A DNA stretch of 64,000 bases from an uncultured Desulfovibrionaceae bacterium (GCA_964372035.1 CAYJPK010000002.1:3771-67770); one strand, 5' to 3'. Counted from the stretch's first letter, positions 29,738 through 39,671 are shown. A program made the numbers and translations. The notes: generated by a model not told the origin, from the sequence alone.

Positions 29738-29790
29738 ATTATAAAAATGCAAGAAAAGTAATCTCTGATTCCTTATTCTTGCACTTTTAT
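29738..29790 (-). terminator. rho-independent terminator after gatA (copy A of a repeated terminator module)
   Basis: The minus strand reads TGCAAGAA-loop-TTCTTGCA followed by TTTTTAT. It is about 88% identical, loop included, to the element at 41021-41075. Confidence 0.75.
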
Positions 29791-29811
29791 AAACTTGTTG
29801 TAGCAAATGAA

Positions 29812-31242
29812 TTATTTTGTCAAACAGTTACCAATAGAAAGTATATTTGCTTCATCAAATGGGCTACCAATAAGTTGCATACCAACAGGCATATTATCAA
29901 CCATGCCACACGGAATTGCTAAGCCTGGTAAACCTGCTAAATTTAAAGAAACAGTGAAGATATCCATCAAATACATAGTTAATGGATCATCAATTTTACT
30001 TCCCAAGTTCCAAGCTGTTACTGGTGAAACAGGAGCTAAAATCGCATCACAGCATGATAAAACACGCTCGAAATCTTCACGTATCAAAGTACGCACCTGA
30101 GCTGCTTTTTTGTAATAAGCATCATAATAACCAGAAGATAAAACAAAAGTACCAACTAAAATACGACGCTTTACCTCTTCTCCAAAGCCTTCATTGCGGG
30201 AGTTCATATATAAATCTAATAAATTCTCGCTATCAGCTGATCTTTTACCATAACGAACACCATCATAACGTGCAAGATTAGAGCTAGCTTCAGCAGTTGC
30301 AATAACATAGTAAGCTGCAATTGCGTGCTTTGTTGCAAGTGGAATACTAACGTCAACAAGCTCAGCGCCTAATTCTTCAGCTTTTTTCATCATCTCTTTA
30401 CAAGCTTGAACAATTTTTGGATCCATATCTTCGCTAAAAAATTCTTTTGGAATTCCAATAATTTTGCCGTCTAAACGTTCTGCTTTCAACGCTTCCATAT
30501 AATTTGGAACATCTTCTTTTGCACTCGTGCTATCTTTTGGATCATGCCCTGCGATTACAGATAATAAAAGCGCACTATCTTCAACAGTTCTCGTTAAAGG
30601 TCCAATTTGGTCGAGTGATGAAGCGTAGGCAATCGAACCATAACGTGAAACTCTACCGTAGGTTGGCTTTAAACCAACACAACCGCAAAGAGCAGCAGGT
30701 TGCCTAATTGAGCCACCAGTATCAGTACCAAGTGAACCAAAGCACTGCATCGCACTTACACTTGCCGCTGAGCCACCGCTTGAGCCACCAGGAATACAAT
30801 CTTTATTATGCGGATTGCTAGTTCTTTTGAAAGCAGAATTTTCAGTGCTTGATCCCATTGCAAATTCGTCCATATTATTTTTTGCAATGATTAAAGCTCC
30901 AGCTTCACGCAATTTTTCAACAACTGTTGCGTCATAAAAAGGCTTAAAATCTTCTAAGAACTTAGAACCAGCAGTTGTTGTTAAATCTTTTGTGCAAAGC
31001 ACATCTTTTAATGTTAGAACAACACCAAAAAGTGGAGGTAAAACGTCCATTGTTAGGCGCTTTTTATCCATTTCTCTAGCTTCTGCTAAAATTTCTTCTT
31101 CTGATTTCATGGCTAAAAGTGCATTAATACCACTTTCAGTTTTTTTGATTTGTTCAAGGCAAGCTAAAGCAACATCTTCAACTAAAACTTCGCCTTTTGC
31201 TATTTTATTTCTTACTTCTACTAATGATAATTCGTGTAGCAT
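29812..31242 (-). CDS. gatA: Asp-tRNA(Asn)/Glu-tRNA(Gln) amidotransferase subunit A
   Basis: 476 aa with the amidase signature [12 protein letters not shown]. Confidence 0.96.
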   Translation of the reverse strand: MLHELSLVEVRNKIAKGEVLVEDVALACLEQIKKTESGINALLAMKSEEEILAEAREMDKKRLTMDVLPPLFGVVLTLKDVLCTKDLTTTAGSKFLEDFKPFYDATVVEKLREAGALIIAKNNMDEFAMGSSTENSAFKRTSNPHNKDCIPGGSSGGSAASVSAMQCFGSLGTDTGGSIRQPAALCGCVGLKPTYGRVSRYGSIAYASSLDQIGPLTRTVEDSALLLSVIAGHDPKDSTSAKEDVPNYMEALKAERLDGKIIGIPKEFFSEDMDPKIVQACKEMMKKAEELGAELVDVSIPLATKHAIAAYYVIATAEASSNLARYDGVRYGKRSADSENLLDLYMNSRNEGFGEEVKRRILVGTFVLSSGYYDAYYKKAAQVRTLIREDFERVLSCCDAILAPVSPVTAWNLGSKIDDPLTMYLMDIFTVSLNLAGLPGLAIPCGMVDNMPVGMQLIGSPFDEANILSIGNCLTK

Positions 31243-31262
31243 AATTTATCCTTAAACAAGCT

Positions 31263-31538
31263 TTAAACTATCTTTGGAACAATGAAAAATTCATCATCTG
31301 CAAGTGGTGCATTTTGAAGTATTTGCTCACGACTATAAGACTTTTCACGAACTTCATCAGCTCTAAGCGCTGGTTCATTAGTTATAATCGGGCTATAAAG
31401 TGGTTCAACACCTTTTGTGTCTACTTCACTTAGTACTTCAATATAATTTAAAATATCTGCACATTGTTTAGCAAATTTATCTAATTCTTGCTCACTTGGT
31501 TTTAACCTTGCAAGTTCAGCAATATGTCTTAAATCCAT
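31263..31538 (-). CDS. gatC: Asp-tRNA(Asn)/Glu-tRNA(Gln) amidotransferase subunit C
   Basis: 91 aa: IAELARLKPSEQELDKFAKQCADILNYIEVLSEVDT. It lies directly upstream of gatA. Confidence 0.9.
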   Translation of the reverse strand: MDLRHIAELARLKPSEQELDKFAKQCADILNYIEVLSEVDTKGVEPLYSPIITNEPALRADEVREKSYSREQILQNAPLADDEFFIVPKIV

Positions 31539-31564
31539 ATTAATCTCGTTTTGTTTTTTAATTA

Positions 31565-31928
31565 AAGAGTTGGACTATAAGCCGAGTTTTGTTCTTATTA
31601 AAGCTTTCGCAAATAATAAGCGATTATCATTCCTCTAGGAGCATAATTACTTATACTCTCAAGCAACCTACCCGAATACATTGACCGAGCCAGCCTGTAT
31701 TCCTATTTGGTCTTGCTTTAAGCGGGGTTCACCCAGCTTGCCACGTCACCGTAGCAACTGGTGAGCTCTTACCTCACCGTTTCACCCTTACTGATAAATC
31801 AGCGGTCTACTTTCTGTTGCACTTGCCAAGACTCACGCCTTCTGGACGTTATCCAGCGCTCTGCTCTGTAAAGCTCGGACTTTCCTCCCCAAAACAAAAG
31901 TTTTGCAGCGATAATCCGTCCAACTCCC
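31565..31928 (-). ncRNA. rnpB: RNase P RNA (bacterial type A)
   Basis: The reverse complement contains GGAGGAAAGTCCGAGC (P4 5' strand), GTGCAACAGAAAGTAGACCGC, GTAAGGGTGAAACGGTGAGGTAAGAGCTCACC and ACAAAACTCGGCTTATAGTCCAACTC (P4 3' strand). The 5' GGAGTTGGAC pairs with the 3' GTCCAACTCT to form P1. The ends are approximate, within a few nt. Confidence 0.93.
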
Positions 31929-31934
31929 TAAAAA

Positions 31935-32693
31935 TTATTCAGCAGTTTCTTCAACTTGTTCTGGCTTTTCTTCGCTAAAATGCTCTGACCAATAAATAAG
32001 TCGTTGACAGTTAGGGCAGTTAATAATCTTATGTCCGCCTTGTAACTCAATATAAGACTGCGGTGGAATTGCAATATTACAACCAGCACAAACACCCTTA
32101 TGAACAGGAACAATAACAGGGTGAGCTAAACGGCGACGAATAAATTCATAACGCTCTAATACTGGACGAGGAATATCCTTGCCTACAGTTGAACGAACAG
32201 ATGTAAGTTCATCAAGTTCTGCATTTGCAGCGGCAATATCTTGCTCAAGATTAGCTTCACTTGCGCTAAGCTCATCTTTTAAAGCATTCCATCTTGCATT
32301 AATTTCTTCTAAGGCTTCCTCTTGTAAACGATGCTCTTCAACAAGTGCAATGCGCTCTTCTTCTCTTGTTCTGTTACGCTTTTCTAAATTATCCATTTCA
32401 CGTGACATTGCTTGAAATTCTTTAGCATTGCTTACTTGCATGAGCTTATCTTTACTTTTATTTAAGCGAGAAAATTCTTCATCAATATCAATACCAATGC
32501 GTTTTTCTTGATCAACTAAATACTCAATTTTTTCAAGGATATAGTTACGCTGACCGTCAGCTGCACCGAAAATTCTTTTAAGTTCTTCAATCGCTTTAGG
32601 TGCATTTTCAATCCTAACTTTAATTGTGTGAATTTGGTCATCAACCTTTTGTAAAGCAACCAATTGCTTGATTTGCTCCAAATAAATACTCAT
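31935..32693 (-). CDS. coiled-coil plus C4 zinc-ribbon protein (COG1579/DUF164 family)
   Basis: 252 aa. A long heptad-rich coiled coil is followed by CAGCNIAIPPQSYIELQGGHKIINCPNCQRLIY (CxxC...CxxC). Confidence 0.85.
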   Translation of the reverse strand: MSIYLEQIKQLVALQKVDDQIHTIKVRIENAPKAIEELKRIFGAADGQRNYILEKIEYLVDQEKRIGIDIDEEFSRLNKSKDKLMQVSNAKEFQAMSREMDNLEKRNRTREEERIALVEEHRLQEEALEEINARWNALKDELSASEANLEQDIAAANAELDELTSVRSTVGKDIPRPVLERYEFIRRRLAHPVIVPVHKGVCAGCNIAIPPQSYIELQGGHKIINCPNCQRLIYWSEHFSEEKPEQVEETAE

Positions 32694-33475
32694 ATTTCCT
32701 CCGAGCTTAGCCTTGATAAAATCCTAAATGGATCATTTGCAGGTAAAAAGCTTGTCTTTATATATTTGTTTAAGAATAAACTAAATCTACGCATCATTTC
32801 TTCTTCTAAGCTAAAATGTCCAACGTCAATTAAGGCTATCTTACTGTCAAGCGCACTATGATATTTTATATCACCTGTGATCATAATATCAGCCCCAAGT
32901 GAACTTGCAACATCGATTAAAGATGAACCAGAACCAGGACAAATTGCCACTCGCTTAAGCTCTTTAATTTCTTTGCCACAAACTGTGATATTATTTAACA
33001 TCGGTGCTTTTTCAAATAATAATGCAGAAAAATCATTATAATTCATGACATTTGGCAAATCGCCAATAATGCCAATCCCGTAAGCATCATCAACACTTGG
33101 CTCAAGCACTTTTCGATTTTGCAACTCAAAACTATCTGCAAGCCAAGATACTGGGCCACAAGCATTTGCATCAAGCGAAGTATGCGCACTATAAAGTGCA
33201 ACATCATGGCTAAGCAGTAACTTTGCAATAGCAAAATACTCGTCCATTTTATTTAAGTATTTTGCCTTCATACTTAAAGGGTGGTGCGATAAAATAAAAT
33301 CTGCACCAAGTTCAAGAGCCTTTTCTACTTGGACTAAGCTAGGATCAAGACAAAGAGCCACATGGCTAATTTCAAGCCTTGGTGATGCTATTTGCAATCC
33401 TGAATTATCCCAACTCGCCGCACACTTAAGTGGAGCGACGTGCTCAATCACGGCAATTAAATCATCATATTCCAT
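32690..33475 (-). CDS. Nif3-like dinuclear metal centre protein (YqfO/YbgI family)
   Basis: 261 aa containing AASWDNSGLQI, FILSHHPL and the ITGDIKYH motifs. It overlaps the downstream zinc-ribbon gene by 4 nt. Confidence 0.88.
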   Translation of the reverse strand: MEYDDLIAVIEHVAPLKCAASWDNSGLQIASPRLEISHVALCLDPSLVQVEKALELGADFILSHHPLSMKAKYLNKMDEYFAIAKLLLSHDVALYSAHTSLDANACGPVSWLADSFELQNRKVLEPSVDDAYGIGIIGDLPNVMNYNDFSALLFEKAPMLNNITVCGKEIKELKRVAICPGSGSSLIDVASSLGADIMITGDIKYHSALDSKIALIDVGHFSLEEEMMRRFSLFLNKYIKTSFLPANDPFRILSRLSSEEI

Positions 33476-33639
33476 AATAAACTGCCTTATAATTAAAGTT
33501 AAAAAATCTTATGCTTATAGCAGTTCCACTTGACCTCCACGAAGCCAAGCTTTCAAAGACACGCCTTAAGCAAACGTTTAACACAAAGTAAATTGCGCTT
33601 ACGTTTATGTAGCGGTCAACGGCTATAGCACTAGACATA

Positions 33640-33680
33640 GCACTTCCACATTACTTTTTACGCAGGTAAAATGGAAGTAC
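33640..33680 (-). terminator. long hairpin immediately after the purQ stop (no clear U-tract)
   Basis: GTACTTCCATTTTAC-loop-GTAATGTGGAAGTGC on the minus strand, a 15-bp stem with one mismatch and wobbles. Confidence 0.35.
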
Positions 33681-33685
33681 TATAA

Positions 33686-34495
33686 CTAAAAATTCTTATT
33701 CAAGTACTCAACTGCATTAACAAACAAAGCAGTACCGAGTGTCGAAGTTTTACCTCTTGTCCACTCAGGATGATTCGTTTTATGGTTATACGCTTCAGGG
33801 TGAGGCATAAGACCAAGAACACGACCACTTTTATTTGTTAAACCAGCAATTCCAAGCGGTGAATTGTTTGGATTATATGGGTACTCTTGAGTAATTTCAT
33901 TCGTGCTAGGATTTGCATAGCTAAGAGCAATTAAATTTTGCTTTACAAGCTCATTTAATGTTTGCTCATCTTTAGCTACGATGCGTCCTTCACCATGGCG
34001 AACAGGCATAGTTAAGTTGTCTAAACCTTTTGTAAAAACACAAGGACTTTGCGCATTTACCTTTAAATCCACCCAGCGATCTTCATAGCGAGCTGAACCG
34101 TTATGCGCAAGAGAAACTTGACGTTCAAAAAGTTTATCATCTAAACTTGGTAGCACTCCAAGCTTAACGAGCAACTGAAAACCATTACAAATGCCAAGAA
34201 TTAATTTGCCATTTTCAATAAAAGTTTGTAAACTCTCTAAGAGTGGTTTTCCATTAATATCTTTTAGATGACGCCATCTTTGTGCTGCTGCTTGAGCTGC
34301 ACCAAGATCATCACCATCTAAAAAACCGCCAGGAAAGATTAGCCAATTATAATCGTCAAGGCTAACTTTTGCTGAAACCAAATCAGAAAAATGAACAATA
34401 TCAGCTTTTTTAGCACCGGCTTCCTTAGCCACATGGGCACATTCAGTATGACAGTTCGTGCCGTAACCTGTCAATATCAAAGCATATCCAGACAT
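33686..34495 (-). CDS. purQ: phosphoribosylformylglycinamidine synthase glutaminase subunit PurQ-like (class I GATase)
   Basis: MSGYALILTGYGTNCH...LIFPGGFLDGDD...ILGICNGFQLL...PHPE carries the Cys-His triad context. I prefer the ATG at 34493-34495 over the 39-codon upstream extension. Confidence 0.82.
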   Translation of the reverse strand: MSGYALILTGYGTNCHTECAHVAKEAGAKKADIVHFSDLVSAKVSLDDYNWLIFPGGFLDGDDLGAAQAAAQRWRHLKDINGKPLLESLQTFIENGKLILGICNGFQLLVKLGVLPSLDDKLFERQVSLAHNGSARYEDRWVDLKVNAQSPCVFTKGLDNLTMPVRHGEGRIVAKDEQTLNELVKQNLIALSYANPSTNEITQEYPYNPNNSPLGIAGLTNKSGRVLGLMPHPEAYNHKTNHPEWTRGKTSTLGTALFVNAVEYLNKNF

Positions 34496-34734
34496 ATGCA
34501 AACCTTTTGTTTTAAATTTATTAGGGGCATACATAATATATGGATATTTTACTAAGGTCAAGTCTAGATTTTTTTTATTTTTTTGGTAAGATGGCTTATC
34601 AGAGCAAAGCAACTAAGGCTTTATTTGATCGCATATTTTGATTCGGAAAATATTTATCTATATAAACAGTGAGTTACAGAAATATTTGCGGCTTATCTTA
34701 AAATTTAAAATATTTATCCTTAAGGTACATTTTT

Positions 34735-36408
34735 ATGAATACAAAATTTATTTTCATCACAGGCGGCGTTTTATCTTCATTAGGTAAAGGCTTGGCAGCT
34801 GCTTCTATTGGCGCAATATTAAAGGCTCGTGGCTTGAATGTCACTATCCAAAAACTTGACCCATACATTAATATTGACCCAGGCACAATGAATCCATATC
34901 AACATGGTGAAGTTTATGTAACTGATGATGGTGCTGAAACTGACCTTGATCTTGGTCACTATGAGCGCTATTTAGACATTGCTCTTACCCGTAGAAGCAG
35001 TACAACTTCTGGTGCTGTTTATAATCGTGTTATTACAAAAGAACGTCGTGGCGATTATCTTGGCGGAACTGTTCAGGTTATTCCACATATTACTGATGAA
35101 ATTAAAAATGCAATTTACAGCTTAGCAGATGGCGATGAAAATAGCCCTGCTCCTGATGTTGCTATTGTAGAAATTGGCGGAACTGTTGGTGATATTGAAG
35201 GCTTACCATTTTTAGAAGCTATTCGCCAAATGCGTACAGATATTGGGCGTAATAATTGCCTCTATATTCACTTAACTTTAGTACCATATCTCAAAGTTGC
35301 TGGTGAATTAAAATCTAAGCCAACACAGCATAGCGTTAAAGAACTTCGCTCAATTGGTATTCAGCCTGATATTATTTTATGTCGCTGTGAGCAAGCTATT
35401 CCTCTTGATATGAAAAATAAATTATCCTTATTCTGTAATGTTGATAAGGACGCTGTTTTTTCATCTGTTGATGTTCCTAATATTTATGAAGTTCCATTAA
35501 AGTTTTATGAAGAAGGTATTGATAGAAAAATTATCAGCCTATTAAATTTAAATGCTGGCGAAGCTGATTTATCAAAATGGCAACATATTGCTGAGTCAAT
35601 GCGTAATCCAAAACATAAGGTACGTATTGCAATTGTTGGTAAGTATGTGGAGCTTAAAGAGGCTTATAAGAGTTTGCATGAAGCCTTAGTTCATGGTGGA
35701 ATTGATGAAAGAATCAAAATTGATTTCGTCTATGTAAATTCCGAAGAATTGAACGAGAAAAACCGTGCAAATCTATTAGCTGATGTTGATGGTATATTAG
35801 TTCCTGGTGGATTTGGTATTCGTGGAATTGAAGGTAAGATTGAAGCTATTAACTATGCTCGTGTAAATAAAATCCCATTCTTTGGTATTTGTTTAGGAAT
35901 GCAATGTGCTGTGCTTGAATTTGCACGTAATGTTGCAGGAATTAGCGATGCAACCTCTGAAGAATTTGATCCACTTGCAAAAAATAAACTTATTTATTTG
36001 ATGTCAGAATGGTTTGATGTGCGCACAAATGCAGTTGAAAAAAGAGATGAAGATAGCGATAAGGGCGGAACAATGCGCCTTGGCTCATACCCTTGTGTAC
36101 TTACACCAAATTCTAAAACTTCTGATGCTTATAAAGAAGTTGAGATTGATGAAAGACATCGTCATCGTTATGAATTTAATAATGCATATCGTGAAGTTTT
36201 AGCTGATAATGGTCTTATCTTCAGTGGACTTTCACCTGATAAAAATTTAGTTGAAATTGTTGAAATTTCTGATCACCCATGGTTCGTTGGTTGCCAATTC
36301 CACCCAGAATTTAAATCAAGTCCTATGAGCCCACATCCTTTATTTAAGGGATTTGTAATGGCAGCTCGTGATTATTCCACAGCCACAAAAAGCGGCGCAA
36401 ATGGATAA
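34735..36408 (+). CDS. pyrG: CTP synthase
   Basis: 557 aa: [16 protein letters not shown]...GICLGMQ...QFHPEF. Confidence 0.98.
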   Translation: MNTKFIFITGGVLSSLGKGLAAASIGAILKARGLNVTIQKLDPYINIDPGTMNPYQHGEVYVTDDGAETDLDLGHYERYLDIALTRRSSTTSGAVYNRVITKERRGDYLGGTVQVIPHITDEIKNAIYSLADGDENSPAPDVAIVEIGGTVGDIEGLPFLEAIRQMRTDIGRNNCLYIHLTLVPYLKVAGELKSKPTQHSVKELRSIGIQPDIILCRCEQAIPLDMKNKLSLFCNVDKDAVFSSVDVPNIYEVPLKFYEEGIDRKIISLLNLNAGEADLSKWQHIAESMRNPKHKVRIAIVGKYVELKEAYKSLHEALVHGGIDERIKIDFVYVNSEELNEKNRANLLADVDGILVPGGFGIRGIEGKIEAINYARVNKIPFFGICLGMQCAVLEFARNVAGISDATSEEFDPLAKNKLIYLMSEWFDVRTNAVEKRDEDSDKGGTMRLGSYPCVLTPNSKTSDAYKEVEIDERHRHRYEFNNAYREVLADNGLIFSGLSPDKNLVEIVEISDHPWFVGCQFHPEFKSSPMSPHPLFKGFVMAARDYSTATKSGANG

Positions 36409-36417
36409 AACAAAATG

Positions 36418-36448
36418 AGTCGCCATAAATAATGTGGCGACTTTTTTA
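36418..36448 (+). terminator. hairpin plus T-run after pyrG
   Basis: AGTCGCCA-loop-TGGCGACT followed by TTTTTT. It lies 17 nt upstream of the kdsC start, so it may act as a partial terminator. Confidence 0.65.
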
Positions 36449-36464
36449 ATATTTTAGGATTATT

Positions 36465-37007
36465 ATGTCAGAAAAAATTAATGAGTTAGTAAAAAATTTA
36501 AAGTTGCTTGTGCTTGATGTTGATGGAGTTTTGACTGATGGCATTTTACATTATAATGCTGACGGCAAAATAGAAAAAAACTTTCATGTGCAAGACGGCT
36601 TTGCTGTTATGCTACTTCAAAGCATGGGCGTTAAGGTTGCCGTTGTTACAGCGGGACAAGATGGTCTTTGCGTTGCAAAACGTGTTGAACGATTAAAAGT
36701 TAAAGACTTTTTTGAAGGCAACATGAAAAAAGAAGAAGCAATGCACACCCTAAAAGAACGCTACAATTTAGACTGGTCCGAAATGGCATTTGTTGGAGAT
36801 GATTGGGTTGACTTAATACCTCTTAATTTAGTTGGAGTTAAGTTTGCTGTTGCCAATGCTTGCGAGGAAGTAAAAGAGATTGCGGACTATGTTACTAAAT
36901 TGAATGGTGGTGCTGGTGCTGTTCGTGAAATTATAATGCTAATCTTAAAGGCTCAAGGTTTATACGATAAGGCTTTTAAAGAATGGTCAATCCCTAATAA
37001 AAAATGA
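36465..37007 (+). CDS. kdsC: 3-deoxy-D-manno-octulosonate 8-phosphate phosphatase
   Basis: 180 aa with the HAD motif LVLDVDGVLTDG...FVGDDWVD, upstream of lptC/A/B. Confidence 0.9.
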   Translation: MSEKINELVKNLKLLVLDVDGVLTDGILHYNADGKIEKNFHVQDGFAVMLLQSMGVKVAVVTAGQDGLCVAKRVERLKVKDFFEGNMKKEEAMHTLKERYNLDWSEMAFVGDDWVDLIPLNLVGVKFAVANACEEVKEIADYVTKLNGGAGAVREIIMLILKAQGLYDKAFKEWSIPNKK

Positions 37008-37591
37008 CAAAAATTAAAAACTACATAATTCTTTTAATAATAGCTTTGCTATCATATTTTGCTTATTATTTTTATGATAAGTTTAGTTCGCCAGAAAAGT
37101 TAATTGAACAAGCTATTAAAGAAGGCTCAGAAGAAGCCATTAAAGAAGCTGTTATGCTTGGTTTAAAAGGCATTAGCCTTAGCCAAGGAGAAGGTGGGAT
37201 TGAATTTTGGCGTTTAAAGGCAAGCTGGGCTGGACTTCATGAAAAAGATGGTAGTATTGAAGTGCAAAAGCCAAAGGTTGAATATAACCTTGGCGAGGGC
37301 AAATCTGAAACTGACATTGTTTATGCTAATTCTGATCATGGCTTAATTACTGAAAATCAAACAAAATTGAATATGTGGGGCAATGTTGTTGTTTACCGTG
37401 GTGAGGACACTATTACAGGTAAGCGCTTAGTTTATAATTCAAAAGACCGTACATTAATTTTTCCAGAGGGAGCAAAACTTAGCTCACCTAAAGCTGATGG
37501 CGTTTTTGGTGTATTAATTTGGAATATGGATTTAAATGAAATTTATGGACAACACAATATCGCTATAGATATTAAACCACAAGTAAAATAA
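37004..37591 (+). CDS. lptC: LPS export system protein LptC
   Basis: 195 aa with an N-terminal TM anchor and a beta-jellyroll-like body. Its position between kdsC and lptA fits, and it overlaps kdsC by 4 nt. Confidence 0.8.
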   Translation: MTKIKNYIILLIIALLSYFAYYFYDKFSSPEKLIEQAIKEGSEEAIKEAVMLGLKGISLSQGEGGIEFWRLKASWAGLHEKDGSIEVQKPKVEYNLGEGKSETDIVYANSDHGLITENQTKLNMWGNVVVYRGEDTITGKRLVYNSKDRTLIFPEGAKLSSPKADGVFGVLIWNMDLNEIYGQHNIAIDIKPQVK

Positions 37592-37622
37592 ATAGACTTT
37601 ATAAATATTATTGGAGCAACTA

Positions 37623-38162
37623 ATGTTTAAAAATATAATTTTTTCGCTTATTTTATTATTAGCAGTTTGCTGTAATTCTTTAGTTTTTGCTGCTGCACCT
37701 GACAGTTTGCAAAAAGATGTTACAACAAAAATTACTGCGGAAAATATGACTTATAGTGCTGATAATCGCCAAGTTACTTTTAACCTTGATGTTAAAGTAG
37801 ATCGTCCTGATTTTCAACTAACAAGCAAAAAATTAGTGGCTTATTTAAAAGCTGCTGAAAAGAAAGATGACGCTGACAACTCTGCAGCTGGTGGTTTAGC
37901 AGCTGGTGACATTGAAAAAATTGTTGCCACTGGTAATGTAAAAATGACTAAAGATGGCAGAGTCGGAACTTGCACAAAAGCAACTTATAATGTTGATACT
38001 GAAATCTTAGTTATGGAAGGAAACCCGAAGCTTAGCGATGGTGAAAATACTATTAGTGGTGATATAATCCGCTACTATATTAAAGAAAATAGAAGTGAAG
38101 TTGTTGGTGGTAAAAAGCAACGTGTTGAAGCTATTTTCTCTACTAAAAAAAGCTCAAAATAA
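37623..38162 (+). CDS. lptA: LPS transport periplasmic protein LptA (OstA-like)
   Basis: Signal peptide MFKNIIFSLILLLAVCCNSLVFA and OstA-like repeats. The ATG at 37623 has a TGGAG RBS. Confidence 0.85.
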   Translation: MFKNIIFSLILLLAVCCNSLVFAAAPDSLQKDVTTKITAENMTYSADNRQVTFNLDVKVDRPDFQLTSKKLVAYLKAAEKKDDADNSAAGGLAAGDIEKIVATGNVKMTKDGRVGTCTKATYNVDTEILVMEGNPKLSDGENTISGDIIRYYIKENRSEVVGGKKQRVEAIFSTKKSSK

Positions 38163-38174
38163 AGGGTTAATATT

Positions 38175-38903
38175 GTGAGTAAATCAAAATTAGCAGCTTT
38201 TGAACTTCGCAAGTGGTATGGTGAAAGAGAGGTTGTTAGCTCTGTCAGCCTTGGACTTGAACAAGGTGAGATTGTTGGTCTTTTAGGACCTAATGGAGCG
38301 GGAAAAACCACAACTTTCTACATGCTAACAGGTATCATTAAACCAAATGCCGGCGAGGTAAAACTTGATGATAAAGACATTGGGCAATTTCCTTTACATG
38401 ATAGAGCAAGAATTGGTGTTTCTTATTTGCCACAGGAAAGCTCTATTTTTAAGCACTTAACAGTTAAGCAAAATTTGCAAATTATTCTCGAATATACTGG
38501 ATTAAATAAAGAAGAGCAACAAGCTCGCATGGATTTATTGCTTGAGGATTTTGGGCTTACGCACTTAGTTAAGTCTCATGCAATGTACTTATCCGGCGGT
38601 GAAAGACGCAGACTTGAAATTGCTCGTGCACTTATTCGTGACCCTAAATTTGTTCTTTTAGATGAACCGTTTGCAGGCATTGATCCTGTTGCGGTTAATG
38701 ATATTCAAGATCTGATAAGAGGACTTAAAAATCGTGGCATTGGGGTTTTGATTTCTGATCACAACGTTAGAGAAACCCTAAATATTTGCGATAGAGCTTA
38801 TTTAATGTATAAAGGGCAACTAATTTTAAATGGCACACCAAGTGAGATAATTAATAACCAGCAGGCGAGAAATATCTATCTTGGAGATAATTTCTCTCTA
38901 TAA
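38175..38903 (+). CDS. lptB: LPS export ABC transporter ATP-binding protein LptB
   Basis: 242 aa: GLLGPNGAGKTT, LSGGERRRLEIARAL, LLDEPFAGIDP. GTG start. Confidence 0.95.
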   Translation: MSKSKLAAFELRKWYGEREVVSSVSLGLEQGEIVGLLGPNGAGKTTTFYMLTGIIKPNAGEVKLDDKDIGQFPLHDRARIGVSYLPQESSIFKHLTVKQNLQIILEYTGLNKEEQQARMDLLLEDFGLTHLVKSHAMYLSGGERRRLEIARALIRDPKFVLLDEPFAGIDPVAVNDIQDLIRGLKNRGIGVLISDHNVRETLNICDRAYLMYKGQLILNGTPSEIINNQQARNIYLGDNFSL

Positions 38904-38915
38904 AAAGGGTGAGTT

Positions 38916-39671
38916 ATGAATATATTATTGACAAATGATGATGGTATTTATGCAAAGGGTATTAGGGCTTTATATAAGGCTTTAATAAAGGCCGGGCATG
39001 AAGTGACGGTTATTGCTCCGCTTTCTGAAAAATCTGGTGTTAGTAGTTCTGTTACCTTAATTATGCCACTTAGAGTTCGCCAAATTGAAGAAGAAAACTT
39101 TTCAGGCTTAGGAGTTTTTGGAACTCCTGCGGACTGCGTTAAGCTCGGTCTTTCTAGCTTAATGGAGAAAAAGCCAGATTTAGTTATGTCTGGTATTAAT
39201 GCTGGTGGGAATACTGGAGTTGATGTTATTTATTCTGGCACAGTTGCAGCTGCTTTGGAGGGTGCGCTTTCTGGCTACCCTGCGATGGCTGTATCCTTTG
39301 ATGACTTTAGAATTAATGATATTAGCAAAGAAGCTGACCACGCTGTTAGCCTCGCAGAAAAAATTGATTGGAAAGCCATTCCAGAGCGTCGAGTTATTAA
39401 TGTTAACTACCCAAAGTGTGGTATTGATGCTAGCAAGGGTATGGAAATATGCCCTCCTGCAACTATTCCTTGGGACGATAAATATGAAGAACGCCGTGAT
39501 ATTAGAGGCTTACCATATTGGTGGATTTCTGGCTATATGCCGTCTGACAAATTAAGCCCAAATAGTGACCGTGCTTTACTTAATAATGGTTATATTACCG
39601 TATCACCAATTCGTTTTGAATTTGTGGACTCAAAAACAGAAGAAATTTTAGCTAAGAATTTAAATGTATAA
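38916..39671 (+). CDS. surE: 5'/3'-nucleotidase SurE
   Basis: MNILLTNDDGIYAKGIRAL...SGINAGGNTG. Confidence 0.95.
   Translation: MNILLTNDDGIYAKGIRALYKALIKAGHEVTVIAPLSEKSGVSSSVTLIMPLRVRQIEEENFSGLGVFGTPADCVKLGLSSLMEKKPDLVMSGINAGGNTGVDVIYSGTVAAALEGALSGYPAMAVSFDDFRINDISKEADHAVSLAEKIDWKAIPERRVINVNYPKCGIDASKGMEICPPATIPWDDKYEERRDIRGLPYWWISGYMPSDKLSPNSDRALLNNGYITVSPIRFEFVDSKTEEILAKNLNV

Noticed and set aside
31928-32113. 61-aa ORF overlapping the 3' end of the zinc-ribbon gene and the rnpB 5' end.
   Set aside because: It is in an alternate frame of a well-supported CDS and runs into the RNase P RNA, so it is spurious.
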